This document shows, piece after piece, positions 1 through 11,244 of a stretch of 64,000 nt of DNA. How positions within the stretch are numbered: the stretch's first letter is position 1; each line of letters begins with the position of its first letter. The notes below the pieces were generated by a model. The model was not told where the DNA came from, did no database searches, and saw only the letters and a program-made list of their open reading frames with translations. The stretch lies in IMG/VR virus record IMGVR_UViG_3300008261_000005; one strand, given 5' to 3'. The stretch is from a virus. The position numbers were made by a program, and so were the translations under genes.

Positions 1-3000
1 TTGCATTGGATCAATAATATCCAAATATGTTACAAGATTGCTAGTTTTCTTGTTGTATAAAAATAATTTTTTAATTTTTGTTACATCAACTTTATTTTTT
101 TCTGATTGTAAAATGGTCCAGCTAAATGCTGAACGAACTTTGGAATATGTATAAACAACACCAGCATTTGAAACTTGACTATCTGTTTTTGGAGCTGATA
201 CAACTATAGTATTATCTCCAGCAGCAAGTGAATAACCGTATTTGTCATTCATTGCATTGTCAACTAATAGAGATTCGCCATAGATAAAAGCAACATCATA
301 TTCATCGTAAATGTCAATACGGCCAGCATCTTTATTAAAGTCTACGATTTGTGTTGACCCGTTATCAAATATTGTTGACCCGTTATCAATTGAGTAAACA
401 GTTTTACTATCGCCCATTGCGCTAAAAACTGCTAATGTTTTTCCGCCGTTGATAAGTTTTACTTTTGCTCCAAACTTTTCAGATGTTTCTGGATTTCTAT
501 TTGTAATTGTTTGTCGTGCAGCATATCCCAACGAGTCAAGATCAAAAATTCTCACAACTCCTTGATCAGCTTTGGTATCATCTGAAAGGATAGACCCCAC
601 TGCCATCACACTTCCATCAGGAGTTATTGATACGCTTTCTCCAAATCGCTCTGGATCAATGGTAAATTGACTTGCTGTTATTGTTTGATCTAGTTCATAT
701 AGCGAAGTTGTATAATTGTAAATGAAGATTGATCCAGCTCCAAAGTTTGTAGTTGGAGCTGTTATAACGAGAGTTGAACCGTCTGCAGTCATGTCTATAT
801 CATAACCAAAGTTATCACCATTGGTGGTTGTTGTTTCAACTTCTCCTTCGCTAACCCAAGAACCCATGTTGCTAAAAATCATAACACGATTTTGATCAAG
901 TCCAGGGAAAGTCTTAACTACAGCCATTCTATAACCAACACTTAATTTTGCTAGTTTAATTTTAGATCCAAACAGCTGATTTGTAGTATTTCCACTTGCT
1001 AAGTTGGTAACAAATTGATACTCGCCGTTAGTATCAACTTGATACATTAGCACACGACCTTGTCCACTAGTTGCGTCTGGGGCTCCAATTGCAAGCCAAA
1101 CTCCGTCAGGTGAAAATGCTAACTCTTTTCCAAACCCTAGTAGCGGAGCATAAGCTGGTGGCATTTCAATTGTTTGTTTTTTTGTCCAGCCTGTAGTACT
1201 ATTTGATTTAACGTACAAGGCAACATTATCTGCATTAGTTGAAGTTGCTAACACCGTTGCAGTAGCATCTACTGCTACCGTTCTTCCAAACTCTTCATTT
1301 ATAGTTTGCGTAGAGGCTGTCAATGTTTTTCTTGAAAATACTGGATTATTTTGCCATACAGTATTTTGTCCGCCACCGTCTATACCAGACCACAACAATT
1401 CGTTTGCTTTTAATTGCAACGGTAACTGTACTGCCTCATTGATGCTGCCTATACGGTGACTGTTAAATTTATAGATTAAAATTTGAGAACTATCAGCAAA
1501 CGGATCTTGCCAACCTGATATAGTTTTATCTATAGTAATCAAATCTAAATTAACACTACTAACTATATGAAATCCAGAAAGCACCCCAGCGTTGGCGATG
1601 CCAATTACGTCACCCGCATTTACTGATGGGATAGATTCACATTCTAAAGTAATAACAGAATTAGCGTATTCAACAGTTCTTATAACAAAGTCAGCTTTAG
1701 TAAATCTATAAACGTTCCAACTGGTGCCTTCAAATGCTGTCCAAACATAATCACCTTCTTTTAATACATTGATATCCTCAGATACAATGTCAGTCAACGA
1801 GTCAACGTTAAGTGCAACTTGATCATATCTAACGTGGCCAGGAGTTCTTAGATACGGCTTATAATTTGTTATTGACGGCCAAGGGTTGTTGTTATATCCA
1901 GACGGTTTTAAATATAAATCATTTGGCGTCTGACGAATTACAAAATCCACTACAGAAGGATCAATGCTGTTTGTTAATTCAAATGCTTGTGGATTAGTTT
2001 TAAATAGTGACTCATCTAAAGAAATTTCAATTTCGTCAAATGCTTCTGAACCGCCGTATTGTCCAACACGTACAGCCCATTCTTCATTAAAATCAATACT
2101 TTCTTGGCCTTCAGCACTTAGTACATCAAATAATTTATTCAATGAGTTAGCAGAACCTTTTTCAGGAATCATACCTTGATAAAATTTATATTCGCTTACA
2201 TCATTTTTAATAATGTTTTCTAAGTATTGTCTTTTTTGATATCCAACTAAGTGTTGAGCAACACGCTGTTGCCCGGCATCAAAATTATCAGATTCTAAAT
2301 CATAAAAGTCAGTAAACTGCTCTGCCTTATAATCCCAGTTGGGAAGTAGCGCAGAAGTTGGTTTGTTTTCTAATCTAATCCAGCTGCTAGGATTAAATGT
2401 TTCAACTCCTGGAAGGAAGTTTTCTGCACTATAATAAAATTCTTTATATTTTACTATATCGCCTAGATTGTAATCAGTCCAAGAATTCCATTCTGTAATA
2501 TCAGCTTGATCAAATACAAATCCAGGAATATCAAATCCGCCATACCAACCAACTGTACGATAACCAGAAACTTTAATCCTATCTTGTTTATATCCAGCTT
2601 CTAAATTGTAAATTGTATCATTAAACTGTGTTGTATTATCAATAATTAGTACATGTTCTTTTTGTACTAGATAAAAGCCCGCACCATAAATTCCTATTCC
2701 ATCAATACGTGGGCTAAAAGAAAATTCGTTATCTTCTCGAGTGTGGTTTAAAAAGTTTTGATCAAATTTTGCGCCATCTGCTTTTAAGATTTCATATTCA
2801 TTAAACTGATCTCTAATATCATCAATCACAGCATAAGTTAATCTCATTGATAAACCAAGTGCGGAAGGGCTCAGTGCAATAACACTAGCACCGTCTTGAG
2901 ATAAACTGGATAATTTATTGTACAATTCTGTTTGAAATATTGTACTAGTTGTATGATCAATTTTAGAAGAGAAGTAATCACCGTTGTATTTTACAATAAC

Positions 3001-6000
3001 GCCAGCTTTGTAAGTCCTATTAGGTAACCAGTCAACAAACTTATCTTCTCCAGCACTCCAGTTCTGAGTTGTCCAGAACATAAATTCTTTAACAGAAGTT
3101 TCCCATGAGGCTACAGATTTTAAATTTGTATTATAATCGTCAAAAACAAATCCTTGATCTTTTAAATATTCACCATAACCTTGTAAAAAATCAACTACTT
3201 CTTGAACTGTATCATACACAGTTCCGTAATTAACAATCGTTGGAGTTCTATCCCACAATTTTCTTAGGGATGCGTCTCGTCCACCAATGATAGGTAACTT
3301 GGCTAATTTTTGAAATTCAGTAGAACTAAAATTATCTTGAGATGTATGATTTTGTGTGGCTCTGTAATAAGCATTATTGTATCGAACAACGTTTCCAACA
3401 ATATATTGTTGGCCAGGCACCCACTCAATGTAAGATTCACTAATACCGCCAACATTAATAACATTACCAGTTTGTGTCCACGGATAATAATAGAAGAACG
3501 GTGTCTTTTGATTGTACCCTTTTACCTCATATCCTTCACCCGTTGATGTTAAAATCTTAGTGACAATTACACCGCTGTATGTTAGCTTTTTAACTGGACT
3601 GGAAGTATTTAAAAAGATTGTATAGTTTTCTTGAGGAACAAATACTCCTGCATTTGCCGTTGGACTTTTACTATCTAAAATTAATTTAAACTTTTCTTTG
3701 CTGGTGAACCCACCTAATCTATGACTTAGATAGTTTGTCATAGTTGTCAAATCAACCTTATATTGTGATAATGATTTTAAATTATCACTAAGAATATAGT
3801 CAACAATATAATTTACTAAGCCGGCAGTTAACACACGTTCACTATCAGATGTAGTTGATGGTAAAGTTAAATCTGTTAATCTTAATCTTAATCCAGTGTC
3901 TTTATAAATTAACTGGCCAGTATTGTTTCGAATAATTCTACTTCTGTCTATACATAAACCCAATGTATTATTTGGTTGCATTAAAACTGATGCTAGCACA
4001 AAACTAAATGGGAAGAACGAACTTCTTCTCCATGCTGATTCAATTGGACTGTAATCTCCAAATTTGAAAGCATCTGACATTTGAGGTTTAATGTCACCTT
4101 GAACAATATTTGCTGCTATTGGGTCTAGTAATTCGCCCATTTCATCAACAGGCGGCATAATTGCCAATGTAGGTCTTGAAAACTTAATATTTCTTGTTAG
4201 CGGCTTACCAGGTTCTCTAGTAATACCATCTTTTAAGTCATTCCATAATATTAAATTATCACTTGTATATGGTGCTGGTCCATATACATCTTGCCACCAA
4301 GTTGGTTCAATGTTAAACCCTAAAGACTCCCAAGGACACAAATGAATTCGGTCAGTGTCAAATATATGTTTGTATATTCCTCTCCAGTATCCAGGCAATG
4401 CAGTCCCATCAGGAGATGTGTTCTTTGAATAATTGTATGTAAATGGATTACTATTAGTATAGCTTATTGGTTTAGTAAAATCACCGTCAACTAGCGTTGC
4501 CCACTGATAAAAACTAGGGGCTAATACTTTATTAAATTCTTGTAAGCTGTAATCTGTTCTTCTATTGTAACCTGGAATAAAATCAAATATATCAAAAATA
4601 GTTGAGTCATATGCAACTTTAATATTATTAAAAATGCGTTTTTCTATTTCTAAAATTAAGTTATCCCTATAGTCGTTGTATGCAACAACAATACTACCGT
4701 CATGCCCTTGAATAACATATTGTGGTGTTACTAAGGTTGTATCTAAATATTTTTTAGGTTCAAATTTAGGCCAGATTCCAAAAGATGTTGGCGTTGGTGG
4801 AATAAAGCAACCATCCGTACTTTCATACTCATAAATGGTAATTATATCATTGTCTACTAAATTATAAGTATCTGATATAATAACAAATCCAGTGTCATCA
4901 AAAGAGTAATCTTTTGAGTAAATCAATTGAACGCCGTTTACATAAATGTTAACTGCTTTATTTGATAATGTGTTTAACGAAAATGCTGAAGACAATGGAT
5001 ATGTTTTAATTCTAAAATCAACAACTTTATAATCATTTTTAGTTGCAGCGCCAGTTCCTGCCATATCACTAAAATAATATGGAAACGTTTTTGGTTTATC
5101 TTTATTAATTTCTAAAATAATTTTATCAACGATTTCTTTAGTAGGCAAGTCATCTGAAATACTTGTTGCAACACTAATAAAATTTCTTTTGAATCTACCA
5201 TAATCGTCTCTGGTTTGATTCAATGCTTTAACAATATTAGAATTTTTTGATGTTAAATGATATAATCCAAAGTTAACTGGTCCACTATGCTGTACAAATT
5301 TTGTTCCAAATGTAGATAAGAATCCTTGATCTCTAAGATTATTATTACCCGGATATGTTCCATTAAACGTTGGAAGATTATCAACAATTGAATCAACGTG
5401 GTCAATAACTTCTCCTAATGTAAAAGTATTAACGTTGTTGTTTAGCGGGTTATTTTGAAAGTTTATTGGCAATTCATAATGACCGTTAGCATTTTTATCT
5501 TGTGATGAGAAGCAACGTAAAGTAATTACATCGTCAGACGTAATGTTAATAAGATTTGAATTTATTACGACTTTTTTATATCGTACTGCATCAACGATTG
5601 ACCAGAAAGATTTGTCAATCCTTTTACCGTTAACATACACTCTCACTTCTAAATCACTTAGATTTCCAATGTCATCATAAACATCAATTGGGAAGTTGTT
5701 GGTAAGCCCGCTATTTTTAAATATTCTAACAATGGGCTGGGTATTCTCTAATTGATTGGTGATCCAACCGTTAACATATTCTCCAGCATCTAATCCCGTA
5801 ATGATTTTAAGGAAAGCAGAATCAGTATTCTTTGTTACAACATCAACACCGTCTTTGTAGGAAAATGTATTTTGTAATAAATCAAAGGTAAAAACAATAT
5901 CACCAATGTTACTAATATTCCTATAGGACAACGGAATTCCTAATACTGCATCAGTAACACCTGAACCTTCTTTATATGAAAAGATAGTGTTACCTGAAAA

Positions 6001-7740
6001 TGTAGACCCTGGATAGGTTGTATTATTAGAAATAGATACGCCGTCACTGTCAAACAAATCAAATAATGGCTTTTGATTAACTGTTGTTTTTTGTTGTGAT
6101 AATTTCCATGTGCTTCCGTTAAACCAATACATTTTTCCTTGATTTAATCTACCACTTCTAATAACAACAGATTCGCCATATAGGGCGTCTGTATCAGACT
6201 CGTCAACTAGGTGAATTTGTCTAACTGGTCCAGCACCACCCACAGGTGTAACTGTGATAAATGTCACTTTAAAAATCTTGTTGTTGACTAATGAATCAGA
6301 ATCTGCTGTGAATAAGATTCTCTGCCCTTGGGCTAACGGAACGTTATCAACGTTGTATCCCAAAGATCCTTCAATTGTCGAAAATACATCTGTTGTGAAT
6401 GTGTCAATTAAATCAACATCATTCTTAGATGCGTAGCCAAAGTTGAACAATTTAAGATTTGATTCAAATTCAATAATTGGTCGTGTTGCACGTCTAGTTT
6501 GATCTAGTTCAATTGGTATCCCAGCAGCTTCTGCGCTTTTAGATATAACATCTTGATGGAACCAACGATTATATCTGCTCCAAGGGTTTCCGTCAGAATT
6601 TGAACGGTTAATTGTAATGTAATCTTTCTGTCCAGCAAATGATGTTGCATCGCTGAATGGCATTGAATCAAAACCAGCATCATCAAATAAAACTTGACTC
6701 GCTGCTGAATATGCAGATACAATTTCTAATTTAGATTCTGGAACTAATTTTATTTGTTCACCTACACCTTCTACATAAAAAGACCCAGTTGTATATAATG
6801 CAGGACTTACGTTTCCACCAAAAGTCAATTTCATACCGTTGCTTAATTCGACACCAGTTGATAACGTGTACGTTTTTTTACCTATGATTTCAGATGCAAC
6901 GTCAATTACAGTATTTTCATCAATGTCGTATATTTCCCAAACACCGCCGGTATCTGGCGAGTTTTCACTGACATAATATAGAACATTGGGAGCATCTACT
7001 GGAACTGTAAATGTAATTGTTCCAGATTCAACCTCAGACAAATCAACACCATCTGTATATCTATACAACTCACCTGCTTGGCGCTGAGTCTTAATACTAA
7101 AAGGTTCTCCAGGGGCAGTGATTTCAAATTTATATGTTTGACCTCTATACAAAGTTAACGTGGGATTTCTAGTCAACGCATCTGGTGTGAACAAGTATGC
7201 CCTGTTGTCTCCTTCGTCAGATAGTTGCACAGTGTACGTGCTTGTAACTTGTTGTTGTTGGCCAAGTACTTTAATAACTGCTGGGCCATATGGCATCCAA
7301 TAATATTGTTGGAAGTTGACAAATTTATCCCAATTTATATGTGGATTCCAAGAATAAAATTCTTGTTTATTTAATTTTTGATGGTTTTTAGTTATGCCGC
7401 CCAATACATCAACAGTATTGACATAGTCAATATAATCTTTAAAAAATGTAATATTTCCCAGTGTATCTTTAACTACTGCCGCAGGCTCTAGTTGATAGTG
7501 CTGTCTGTCTAACGTTGGTTCTTCAATAAAAACATCATTAGTTGTAACAGCTTTGGCATTTTGTCTGCCAATAAAACCGTTTAACTTTTTTACTGTACCA
7601 GACTGTGTTAACTGATCAATGGTGGCTTGAATAAACTTCTTGTTAGATTCTGTTCTATAAAATCTTGGCAACAATTTTGCAGTGCGGCGTTTTTCGCCCT
7701 TGCCAATAGGAAGTCCGTATTCGTTTTGTTGTTCAGCCAT
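1..7740 (-). CDS. Giant baseplate/tail structural protein, partial (>2,580 aa, runs off left edge)
   Basis: ATG at 7740-7738 overlaps the gp6-like stop (TAATG). It translates MAEQQNEYGLPIGKGEKRRTAKLLPRFYRTESNKKF. The frame was open at every point I spot-checked down to base 1 (..LYNKKTSNLVTYLDIIDPMQ). Its absence from the ORF track is consistent with there being no stop in the window. It carries FG-GAP-like repeats and W-x5-Y-x2-G-x2-V-x-Y modules. Confidence 0.85.
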   Translation of the reverse strand, partial: MAEQQNEYGLPIGKGEKRRTAKLLPRFYRTESNKKFIQATIDQLTQSGTVKKLNGFIGRQNAKAVTTNDVFIEEPTLDRQHYQLEPAAVVKDTLGNITFFKDYIDYVNTVDVLGGITKNHQKLNKQEFYSWNPHINWDKFVNFQQYYWMPYGPAVIKVLGQQQQVTSTYTVQLSDEGDNRAYLFTPDALTRNPTLTLYRGQTYKFEITAPGEPFSIKTQRQAGELYRYTDGVDLSEVESGTITFTVPVDAPNVLYYVSENSPDTGGVWEIYDIDENTVIDVASEIIGKKTYTLSTGVELSNGMKLTFGGNVSPALYTTGSFYVEGVGEQIKLVPESKLEIVSAYSAASQVLFDDAGFDSMPFSDATSFAGQKDYITINRSNSDGNPWSRYNRWFHQDVISKSAEAAGIPIELDQTRRATRPIIEFESNLKLFNFGYASKNDVDLIDTFTTDVFSTIEGSLGYNVDNVPLAQGQRILFTADSDSLVNNKIFKVTFITVTPVGGAGPVRQIHLVDESDTDALYGESVVIRSGRLNQGKMYWFNGSTWKLSQQKTTVNQKPLFDLFDSDGVSISNNTTYPGSTFSGNTIFSYKEGSGVTDAVLGIPLSYRNISNIGDIVFTFDLLQNTFSYKDGVDVVTKNTDSAFLKIITGLDAGEYVNGWITNQLENTQPIVRIFKNSGLTNNFPIDVYDDIGNLSDLEVRVYVNGKRIDKSFWSIVDAVRYKKVVINSNLINITSDDVITLRCFSSQDKNANGHYELPINFQNNPLNNNVNTFTLGEVIDHVDSIVDNLPTFNGTYPGNNNLRDQGFLSTFGTKFVQHSGPVNFGLYHLTSKNSNIVKALNQTRDDYGRFKRNFISVATSISDDLPTKEIVDKIILEINKDKPKTFPYYFSDMAGTGAATKNDYKVVDFRIKTYPLSSAFSLNTLSNKAVNIYVNGVQLIYSKDYSFDDTGFVIISDTYNLVDNDIITIYEYESTDGCFIPPTPTSFGIWPKFEPKKYLDTTLVTPQYVIQGHDGSIVVAYNDYRDNLILEIEKRIFNNIKVAYDSTIFDIFDFIPGYNRRTDYSLQEFNKVLAPSFYQWATLVDGDFTKPISYTNSNPFTYNYSKNTSPDGTALPGYWRGIYKHIFDTDRIHLCPWESLGFNIEPTWWQDVYGPAPYTSDNLILWNDLKDGITREPGKPLTRNIKFSRPTLAIMPPVDEMGELLDPIAANIVQGDIKPQMSDAFKFGDYSPIESAWRRSSFFPFSFVLASVLMQPNNTLGLCIDRSRIIRNNTGQLIYKDTGLRLRLTDLTLPSTTSDSERVLTAGLVNYIVDYILSDNLKSLSQYKVDLTTMTNYLSHRLGGFTSKEKFKLILDSKSPTANAGVFVPQENYTIFLNTSSPVKKLTYSGVIVTKILTSTGEGYEVKGYNQKTPFFYYYPWTQTGNVINVGGISESYIEWVPGQQYIVGNVVRYNNAYYRATQNHTSQDNFSSTEFQKLAKLPIIGGRDASLRKLWDRTPTIVNYGTVYDTVQEVVDFLQGYGEYLKDQGFVFDDYNTNLKSVASWETSVKEFMFWTTQNWSAGEDKFVDWLPNRTYKAGVIVKYNGDYFSSKIDHTTSTIFQTELYNKLSSLSQDGASVIALSPSALGLSMRLTYAVIDDIRDQFNEYEILKADGAKFDQNFLNHTREDNEFSFSPRIDGIGIYGAGFYLVQKEHVLIIDNTTQFNDTIYNLEAGYKQDRIKVSGYRTVGWYGGFDIPGFVFDQADITEWNSWTDYNLGDIVKYKEFYYSAENFLPGVETFNPSSWIRLENKPTSALLPNWDYKAEQFTDFYDLESDNFDAGQQRVAQHLVGYQKRQYLENIIKNDVSEYKFYQGMIPEKGSANSLNKLFDVLSAEGQESIDFNEEWAVRVGQYGGSEAFDEIEISLDESLFKTNPQAFELTNSIDPSVVDFVIRQTPNDLYLKPSGYNNNPWPSITNYKPYLRTPGHVRYDQVALNVDSLTDIVSEDINVLKEGDYVWTAFEGTSWNVYRFTKADFVIRTVEYANSVITLECESIPSVNAGDVIGIANAGVLSGFHIVSSVNLDLITIDKTISGWQDPFADSSQILIYKFNSHRIGSINEAVQLPLQLKANELLWSGIDGGGQNTVWQNNPVFSRKTLTASTQTINEEFGRTVAVDATATVLATSTNADNVALYVKSNSTTGWTKKQTIEMPPAYAPLLGFGKELAFSPDGVWLAIGAPDATSGQGRVLMYQVDTNGEYQFVTNLASGNTTNQLFGSKIKLAKLSVGYRMAVVKTFPGLDQNRVMIFSNMGSWVSEGEVETTTTNGDNFGYDIDMTADGSTLVITAPTTNFGAGSIFIYNYTTSLYELDQTITASQFTIDPERFGESVSITPDGSVMAVGSILSDDTKADQGVVRIFDLDSLGYAARQTITNRNPETSEKFGAKVKLINGGKTLAVFSAMGDSKTVYSIDNGSTIFDNGSTQIVDFNKDAGRIDIYDEYDVAFIYGESLLVDNAMNDKYGYSLAAGDNTIVVSAPKTDSQVSNAGVVYTYSKVRSAFSWTILQSEKNKVDVTKIKKLFLYNKKTSNLVTYLDIIDPMQ

Positions 7741-10700
7741 TAATAACTCCCGCTTTTACTTGTAATAGTTTGTTGTGATGTAACATTTGAGCTAGATGCA
7801 AGATTTCCTGAAGCTGAAATGACACTCGACGTTATGCCTGAAATAATTTCAATATCGTCAGTTGTTGCTCCGTTAATAAAGAGTTGGTCACTTTCTGATT
7901 TAATTTCAAACAAGCTACCAAAACTTAAATTTGTTTGTCTAGGAACAATGACAAAATTTACTAGATACGGAGAAGTTCGATTCATGACATACGCTGATAA
8001 TTCAGAGAAGTAAAAACTATCACCAAAGTCCCAATTTTCTAAAGCAAAAAATTCATTAATTGCTGTTAATACGTTGGCTTTAATTTCGTTATCACTAATT
8101 GTTTGCTCTGCATTTTTAATAATTTTAAATGCTGCTCTAACATCAGCAGATGCTTTAGATCCAAATAACACTTTATACCTCACTGGGTGATAAACAATCT
8201 CATCACTAATTGATTTAATTGTGTTTAAAGACGGGGATAACGACAGTGATAACTGGTCAGTACTGGATGGTAGTGGTTCTGTAGTTAGATTTCCTAAAAC
8301 CCATTGTCTAAATTTTGTATCATATTCTCTTGTTAGGATAAACAAGTCAACGATGTTGCTCAGTCCTGGATCAATACGTGTTTCATAATCTGCACTATGC
8401 ACGTACTGGAATTTTAAACCGTCTCGACCAGAAAAAACTTTATAATCCAATGACGGTGTTAACTTTCCAACTACTTTGTCTAATTTTTTAACTGTTCTAG
8501 TGTCAATAAAATAAAAATATTGACCGTTAACATACGGAGCAAATGATCCTACGGTTCCCTCAGTAGTTAAAATTAACACAAGATCAGAATCATTGCTGAT
8601 ATATCTATAATCTTGTTGTCCAGCTGCAATATCGTATCTTTCTAAAACTATGTATTTTGTCAGTGGCGATGTTGCTGTATCTACAATCACTTCAAACAAC
8701 TCTGGGTCGTCAACAATTCCATCGTCATTGCTGTCACTAAATGATAGTTCAATTTTCTTAGTATCAACGTAGCCATCAAGACCAACAAATTCTTTGTTAA
8801 TTTCCCATACTAAGTCGTATGTAAATGCTGATGTAACATCTGGTTTAGTATTGACATTCAATACTTTAATTTTGTCTTTGACGATTGAATTAGATCTACT
8901 GTCAAATATTTTATTTGAAGAATCATAATAAAATCTAATTTGTTGTTTACTTTCAAATATGTAACGTAGTCGTCTACTTTTTACTGTATAAAATTCAGTG
9001 TCAGTAGTAAACAATAGCAACCAACTTGAATCTAATTGTTGATTGGTATTATTGCCTTGTTTGCCCAAACTAAATTCATCTTTAATATTTAAATTTCCTT
9101 CAAATACAATTTTCCAAGTTTTTGAAATTGTATCATATCTTAACCCAAAAGGCTTGTTAGCATAAATTAATTCTATCATTGAGCTAATAGTGTTAGCATC
9201 AATAGTGGTGCGCCATTTAGGAATAATTTGAGAAACAATTGCAGTTTGCGGAATATTTACATTGAGAGTCACTGGTCCAGAACCATCAGATAATACACCA
9301 GTACCGTTATTGGTCCCGTCGCCAATAACGCCAACAACTTTGGCCCATAGCACAGTTGAAGAGTTAGGCACTGTAGCGTCACCATACACTATCTTATTGT
9401 TTTCAGATTTTAAAAAATAAGTTCCTGCTGGAGCTACAAACTTAACTAATGCCCCTGGTTCAAAATATTGCAAATCAGTTGCTGCAAAAACACCAGTTCG
9501 ATAGGGCTCTGAATCAACTGTATCGCCAACATAGCCAGTACTTTCACTGGTGTCAGATGTTTTCTGGAACCACGAAATACTTAAACTGTCTGTAGCAATT
9601 TTACTAAAGTTTGAATAATAAAAATTACGTAAAGAAGTTTCTGAAAGAACGTCAATAATTTGATTATAAATTATTGCTTCAATGTCTGTTCTTGATGAGT
9701 AGCTAAATCTAAAACTATCATCAAACAATTCTTTGTATACAATCCCGTCATCGCCAAATAAGTTTGTACTTGAATATTTTCCAGTTGGGTCAACTAAATC
9801 AAAATATCGACTAATGCCGCTTGATGTACGATTAACCGCTTTAATTTTAACTACTTCTTGACTGACGCTAAGAGGGCTAATATTATAGTCCTCGCCAGTA
9901 ATCATACGATTTTGTGTATAGTATGTTGCTGGCGCATTTTGTTTAATGCTAGCATTTGATTCAGTCGCAGAGCTATTTGTAATAGAACTTTGTAGTGCAA
10001 GTGTAATTGTTAATACTTCTGCTTGTCCTACATTTGAAATATATGGAATATCAATGCTAACGTTCCTAATATCTTTAGGATTTATTGTATATTGTAATCC
10101 GTTACTAATCCTATAATAAGTTCTAAAGGTTCCAAGGGGTAATGTTCCAAATGTTCCATCACTAAATGTTAAACTTACTCTATCATTATTGCGAGTAACT
10201 ACTCCGTAAATATTACGGATATTTTTATTCAAACTGTTATAGATAACATTGTTGCCTTCAAAACTAGGAACCTTTGCCCATAGCTCGCTTTCAACACCAG
10301 TTGAACCTAACTTGTATAACCACACATCACTGTCATTTACATTAGTTGCATCAATGTCAATGATTTCATTAGTACTAGGTTGCGTGATAGTAAATGTTCC
10401 AGTGTTTAGATTACCTTGTTTGAAATGTAAGAAAAACCCAGACGTTGGACTTGCTGATCCTTTACCATCATCTCGATATAGGAAAGATAGTGTCTTTCCA
10501 GCTTGAGGGGCATCCTCAATGATTGTAGTTCCTGAATCAATAATTGTACTAACAATTTCAAAATTCATATTTCTGCCATCAACTGTTTTTGTAAATCCAA
10601 AAACTGGTACGCCAGCACTATAAGTTTGAAATCGATACTGTTCTGTTGGAATCCCGTAGACGATTGATTTATCATCTGGGGTGCCAAACTGGCTAGATGC

Positions 10701-11195
10701 AGGAGTTGCAGAATTTATTACTTTAATAAATTGATCATACCAGTTTGTATTTGCTGGATCATTCCACACAACAACTTGCCCAGCAAGATTTCTACCATTG
10801 CTGTCAATGACTGTTTGAGTTGTGCTTACGCTTTGGAATTTAAGGAGTCCGCTGGCGGGAATGTTTCTCTTGGCATTATAACTTAAAAGCCTTGCAAGCC
10901 TTAATACGCTTTCTCGACGTTCTGCAAGTTCTAAAAAGTTTTCTCGAGCATTTAAATCAACTCGGAAAGCTATGCTTTGCCCTAAGAAGGCAATCATATC
11001 AATTAAAGCAAGATATTCGCTTGACTCAATATAATCGTTATAATCTTCTGGGTAATTTTCGCGCAAGTAATTAATCATTACTCGGCGCAGATTCTCAAAG
11101 TCGTAACTTTGGAAGTCTGCATTTCGGAAGCTCTGGTATACCCGCTTCCAATCTTCTGCTACTAGTAATCTATTTTGTCTATCAGTTGAGGACAT
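7740..11195 (-). CDS. gp6: Baseplate wedge subunit, T4 gp6-like
   Basis: 1151 aa. N-terminal DFQSYDFENLRRVMINYL..DYNDYIESSEYLALIDMIAF..ENFLELAERRESVLRLARLLSYNAKR and later QNRMITGEDY are typical gp6/baseplate-J motifs. It lies next to gp25. Confidence 0.85.
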   Translation of the reverse strand: MSSTDRQNRLLVAEDWKRVYQSFRNADFQSYDFENLRRVMINYLRENYPEDYNDYIESSEYLALIDMIAFLGQSIAFRVDLNARENFLELAERRESVLRLARLLSYNAKRNIPASGLLKFQSVSTTQTVIDSNGRNLAGQVVVWNDPANTNWYDQFIKVINSATPASSQFGTPDDKSIVYGIPTEQYRFQTYSAGVPVFGFTKTVDGRNMNFEIVSTIIDSGTTIIEDAPQAGKTLSFLYRDDGKGSASPTSGFFLHFKQGNLNTGTFTITQPSTNEIIDIDATNVNDSDVWLYKLGSTGVESELWAKVPSFEGNNVIYNSLNKNIRNIYGVVTRNNDRVSLTFSDGTFGTLPLGTFRTYYRISNGLQYTINPKDIRNVSIDIPYISNVGQAEVLTITLALQSSITNSSATESNASIKQNAPATYYTQNRMITGEDYNISPLSVSQEVVKIKAVNRTSSGISRYFDLVDPTGKYSSTNLFGDDGIVYKELFDDSFRFSYSSRTDIEAIIYNQIIDVLSETSLRNFYYSNFSKIATDSLSISWFQKTSDTSESTGYVGDTVDSEPYRTGVFAATDLQYFEPGALVKFVAPAGTYFLKSENNKIVYGDATVPNSSTVLWAKVVGVIGDGTNNGTGVLSDGSGPVTLNVNIPQTAIVSQIIPKWRTTIDANTISSMIELIYANKPFGLRYDTISKTWKIVFEGNLNIKDEFSLGKQGNNTNQQLDSSWLLLFTTDTEFYTVKSRRLRYIFESKQQIRFYYDSSNKIFDSRSNSIVKDKIKVLNVNTKPDVTSAFTYDLVWEINKEFVGLDGYVDTKKIELSFSDSNDDGIVDDPELFEVIVDTATSPLTKYIVLERYDIAAGQQDYRYISNDSDLVLILTTEGTVGSFAPYVNGQYFYFIDTRTVKKLDKVVGKLTPSLDYKVFSGRDGLKFQYVHSADYETRIDPGLSNIVDLFILTREYDTKFRQWVLGNLTTEPLPSSTDQLSLSLSPSLNTIKSISDEIVYHPVRYKVLFGSKASADVRAAFKIIKNAEQTISDNEIKANVLTAINEFFALENWDFGDSFYFSELSAYVMNRTSPYLVNFVIVPRQTNLSFGSLFEIKSESDQLFINGATTDDIEIISGITSSVISASGNLASSSNVTSQQTITSKSGSY

Positions 11196-11216
11196 ATCCG
11201 CTTCCTATATCAAGTA

Positions 11217-11222
11217 TATTTA
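11217..11222 (-). promoter_or_regulatory. Late promoter TAAATA upstream of gp6-like gene
   Basis: TAAATA 21 nt upstream of the ATG, with SD-like AGGAAG between. It matches the core of the T4 gp55 late promoter TATAAATA. Confidence 0.6.
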
Positions 11223-11244
11223 GCGGTTTTTATTTTATGGGGTT

